Below are positions 61,201 to 64,000 of a DNA stretch of 64,000 bases, piece after piece; positions within the stretch are counted from its first letter, which is position 1, and the number at the start of each line of letters is the position of its first letter. The notes under the pieces are model-generated. The model worked only from the letters and a program-made list of their open reading frames with translations. It was not told where the DNA came from and made no database searches. The stretch comes from a virus. Location: IMG/VR virus record IMGVR_UViG_3300029425_000240. One strand, written 5' to 3'. The position numbers were made by a program, and so were the translations under genes.

Positions 61201-62301
61201 TTATATTTTTACCACTTCAAAATCGCAAGAATTAAAATATTCCGCTAATTCACTTTCGCTTATCGTGGAAGTAGTAAGATTTTTATACACAAGAATATAA
61301 CAATCTTTTGTAATCACTCTCCCGCAACGGCCGTATTTATCATAATCATCATAATAATCTTTATATATAACATCTTTGCTTCGTGACATATGATTTTTAT
61401 GAACTTTCATCTCCCTCAACACCGACGGGTAATCATCCCCAACAGAAGGTTTTAGTTCCAAAAATATATTTGCATTATAAGGAAATCCTAAATGTATATA
61501 AACATCCCATCCATTTACCTCAAATGTTGTTTTTTCTATCACAAATCCGTTATTTTTTAATTTTTCATATAATTTATTTAAATACGACTTCTTGCCTAAA
61601 ACTTTAGATTGCTTCTTACTCAGCGTCTTGATACTTGAATCTATATCTCTAATTTTATTAGAAATCTCCCACTTCTTATTTCTATATTTATTTTCCGGTT
61701 CATTTAATTTGTCTATTTTAGACTCGCATTCATTGTATTTCTGCTGGATTTCTTCGTATTCTTCTTTTTCTAACTTAGTTTGACTATAATTGCTTGTTTT
61801 CCAATCGTCGTAACTCCGGCTCATTAAGTACGGATTATTGCACATTTTGCGATATTCAGCGCATTTATTTTTCAAGTACTCAATTTCATCTTTATGCTCT
61901 TCGTGCTCCTTTTTCTCAAGGTCAGAAAATTCTTTTTCTTTTACCTCGTGTTCTTCTTTTTCTTTTTGTAGTTCAGTAATCTGTAGTTCAATATCACTTA
62001 TTCTTTCATCGCAATCTTCAATGCGCTTTTTATAGCCTTTCATTAATTCTTCTGGTTCTTTGAATAATTGCCTTATAACTTTTTCTTTGACCTCAGTTTT
62101 CATAAAATCGGCCTGCATTCTGTTGTGTTCAGGAGTATCCGATGGCTCGCAAAAATTATTAACGATGACGTTATAGAGCTGAATATGGCCCGTCCTAAAC
62201 CATTCTTGAGCCATTAGCCAATCCGTGTATTTTTTATCATTCGCCAAAACCTCTACCGGCTGGCCTTTATACTTTCCGAATGTAATTAATTCAGCGCTCA
62301 A
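61201..62301 (-). CDS. coiled-coil protein with DUF3820-like N-terminus (FGKYKGQPVEVL...YTDWL)
   Basis: TTG start after AAAAGGGGAAG; N-terminal FGKYKG motif as in DUF3820 / Qsr-type proteins; E/K-rich coiled coil. Confidence 0.5.
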   Translation of the reverse strand: MSAELITFGKYKGQPVEVLANDKKYTDWLMAQEWFRTGHIQLYNVIVNNFCEPSDTPEHNRMQADFMKTEVKEKVIRQLFKEPEELMKGYKKRIEDCDERISDIELQITELQKEKEEHEVKEKEFSDLEKKEHEEHKDEIEYLKNKCAEYRKMCNNPYLMSRSYDDWKTSNYSQTKLEKEEYEEIQQKYNECESKIDKLNEPENKYRNKKWEISNKIRDIDSSIKTLSKKQSKVLGKKSYLNKLYEKLKNNGFVIEKTTFEVNGWDVYIHLGFPYNANIFLELKPSVGDDYPSVLREMKVHKNHMSRSKDVIYKDYYDDYDKYGRCGRVITKDCYILVYKNLTTSTISESELAEYFNSCDFEVVKI

Positions 62302-62336
62302 AGTATCTTCCCCTTTTTATGTTTTTTTTGCTTTAT

Positions 62337-62352
62337 TTTAATATGCCGAACA
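62337..62352 (-). promoter_or_regulatory. conserved upstream box (TTCGGCATATTAA)
   Basis: 41 nt upstream of TTG 62301. Confidence 0.5.
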
Positions 62353-62434
62353 TTTTTCTTTTTTGTCGTTTTTTAGAGCCATTTTTTTCTTTTTACAAAA
62401 AAAAGGCAGCCGCCGGCTTCGCCGGCGTCTGCTC

Positions 62435-62938
62435 CTATCTGTCTCCAACTTTCCCCATGGAAAAGCATTGAAACCCAATGTTTTTCTTTACGAATTTGCC
62501 ATTTATCCCGTCAATAAAGACCTTGTGTTCATATACTCTCCCGCGCACATGAATCGGAGTCCTTCCATGGATGCCTGATTTATATTTGTCTATTTTTCCT
62601 TTCAGTCCAAGACGTTCCCTGAAATCAGCATCCACAGCCGTCCAGATTTTCTTTGAAATTTTCACCGGACATTCAACTCCTCTGCTTGCCGGACACTTGA
62701 CAAGCTTCACAGATTTCAGCAGTAACTTCTCGCACGGCATACCGCCAAGCTCTCCGGGGATAAACACCCAGTCATCACATTCCAGAACAATCACTGCGCC
62801 AAGCAGCGGTTCCAGTTCTTCCACGTAGCGCTTACCTTTCGGAATCTCAGCAAATTCTTTTCCGAATTTCTTTTTTCTTTCTGGTTCAGTTTCCAATTTG
62901 TTTTTATGTATATACTTTTCATCTCTATTGCGGCTCAT
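62435..62938 (-). CDS. hypothetical protein (167 aa), short paralogue of 59717-60592 product
   Basis: AAAGGAGAGG RBS; shared N-terminal domain with 59717-60592. Confidence 0.55.
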   Translation of the reverse strand: MSRNRDEKYIHKNKLETEPERKKKFGKEFAEIPKGKRYVEELEPLLGAVIVLECDDWVFIPGELGGMPCEKLLLKSVKLVKCPASRGVECPVKISKKIWTAVDADFRERLGLKGKIDKYKSGIHGRTPIHVRGRVYEHKVFIDGINGKFVKKNIGFQCFSMGKVGDR

Positions 62939-62975
62939 TTTTTTTGCCTCTCCTTTTCTTTTTATTTTTTATATA

Positions 62976-62991
62976 CCCAATATGTCAAATT
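62976..62991 (-). promoter_or_regulatory. conserved upstream box (TTTGACATATTGGG)
   Basis: 43 nt upstream of ATG 62938; follows terminator 63001-63033. Confidence 0.5.
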
Positions 62992-63000
62992 TCTGCCGAC

Positions 63001-63033
63001 AAAGAAAAAAAACGGCCGGAAAAATTCCGGCCA
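63001..63033 (-). terminator. rho-independent terminator after LRR gene
   Basis: GGCCGGAA-AAA-TTCCGGCC stem plus T-run on minus strand. Confidence 0.6.
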
Positions 63034-63043
63034 GACTTAAAAA

Positions 63044-64000
63044 TTAAAGTGAAAATGATGATTTTCCGCCTGTTATATCTTTCTGTGCTTCGCAGATGTA
63101 CGCCATCACAGTTGTGAGGCCTTTTTCTTTTGCTTTTTTGTAAGTATCATCTAATGCTTTTGGTGTCATGATACCAAGCTTGATAAAATCAATCAGTCCA
63201 GTCTCATCATTTAATTCCATGTACATTGCGATAATGTTCTTGCTGACTCTTCTGAGATATGTTTTAACTGCATCGTTCGGGCATTCTTTTATTGTTTTTA
63301 TCGCAGTCTTCCACTTGATTTCCGGCTGCATTCCATAATCATACAGTAATTCTTCGCATTTTTCTCTGAATGATGGGATTGCAAGCCGTGTGTCTAATGT
63401 GGCAGCATCTGCTGTAACAATATATCTTGGCATGAAAACCGTTGCAGCTGGCTTTTTGATTTTAATATATATAGGGCTGTTATCTGGTATCGTATTTGAC
63501 GTTATTGCTTCTGCGATACCATAAGGCATGTTATCCGATGACAGTGTGACGCTATCCATACCAGGAAAGCTCTGTCTTCCGATATATTTTAACGATGCCG
63601 GCAGTGTAACCTCCTTAATACAACTCTGCTTGAACGCATAATCCATAATTTGCGTCAGTCCTTCATGAAAAGTCACTTTGCTGATTGCTGTTCCAAGAAA
63701 TGCACTTTCTCCAATTATTCTAACTTGCGACGGAATTTCAATCTCATGAAGCATGCTGCATTGCATAAACAACCTGCAATCATGTCCGATGCCTATTTCC
63801 TCAATGCCATGTCCAAAATCTACTTTTTGTAATTTATTACACAGACAGAAACACTTCGGCATCAAGACCCTCAGTGAATCAGGAAAATATACCTCCTCAG
63901 CCTCACTGAGAATGAATGCATACGATGTAATAGTTTCAATTCCATCAGGAATATGTACTGTTCCAGAAATAGCCGATGGATATTTAACTAAAACCAACCC
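63044..64000 (-). CDS. BspA-type leucine-rich-repeat (LRR_5) protein, N-terminus beyond window
   Basis: Repeated ~22-aa units with conserved Cys/Phe (ITSYAFILSEAEEVYFPDSL, IGESAFLGTAISKVTFHEGL, IMDYAFKQSCIKEVTLPASL); frame open to window end. Confidence 0.55.
   Translation of the reverse strand, partial: GLVLVKYPSAISGTVHIPDGIETITSYAFILSEAEEVYFPDSLRVLMPKCFCLCNKLQKVDFGHGIEEIGIGHDCRLFMQCSMLHEIEIPSQVRIIGESAFLGTAISKVTFHEGLTQIMDYAFKQSCIKEVTLPASLKYIGRQSFPGMDSVTLSSDNMPYGIAEAITSNTIPDNSPIYIKIKKPAATVFMPRYIVTADAATLDTRLAIPSFREKCEELLYDYGMQPEIKWKTAIKTIKECPNDAVKTYLRRVSKNIIAMYMELNDETGLIDFIKLGIMTPKALDDTYKKAKEKGLTTVMAYICEAQKDITGGKSSFSL

Noticed and set aside
1-64000. Integrase/recombinase, Rep initiator, relaxase, rRNA and tRNA genes
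   Set aside because: None could be recognised from motifs in any frame. Their absence here may reflect the window position within a larger element or divergent families. A complete annotation needs profile searches.

Overview
The window is a gene-dense, AT-rich segment coded almost entirely on the minus strand. It looks like part of a large conjugative plasmid or ICE-like mobile element from a low-GC Firmicutes (Clostridia-type) host; this is inferred from gene content only. Recognisable modules include ParM-type actin-like segregation, a type IV coupling protein with topoisomerase III and a RecD-like helicase, cell-wall hydrolases, surface proteins with a cognate sortase, and a replication-accessory set (sliding clamp, SSB-like protein). 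There is also an element-encoded sigma-70 family factor, a proteostasis/secretion cluster (FtsH, SPFH protein, J-domain protein, signal peptidase I, sirtuin) and a plus-strand island carrying an intact TnpB-like RNA-guided nuclease. No rRNA, tRNA, CRISPR array, integrase, relaxase or phage structural genes were recognised. The most striking signal is a conserved box, TT(T/C)nGCATATTnnA on the coding strand, found about 27 times at 30-100 nt upstream of start codons, usually just after the terminator of the preceding gene. It points to an element-specific transcription programme, plausibly driven by the element's own sigma factor. Other unexplained structure: a family of hairpin-rich mosaic repeats at six intergenic or 3'-terminal loci, including a roughly 440-bp tandem hairpin array; a roughly 2-kb ORF-free region holding a 154-bp nested inverted repeat; and a non-canonical sorting signal shared by two surface proteins next to a class-B-like sortase. 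Many ORF-track entries are over-extended because GTG/TTG were counted as Met; starts given below were re-assigned from RBS positions.
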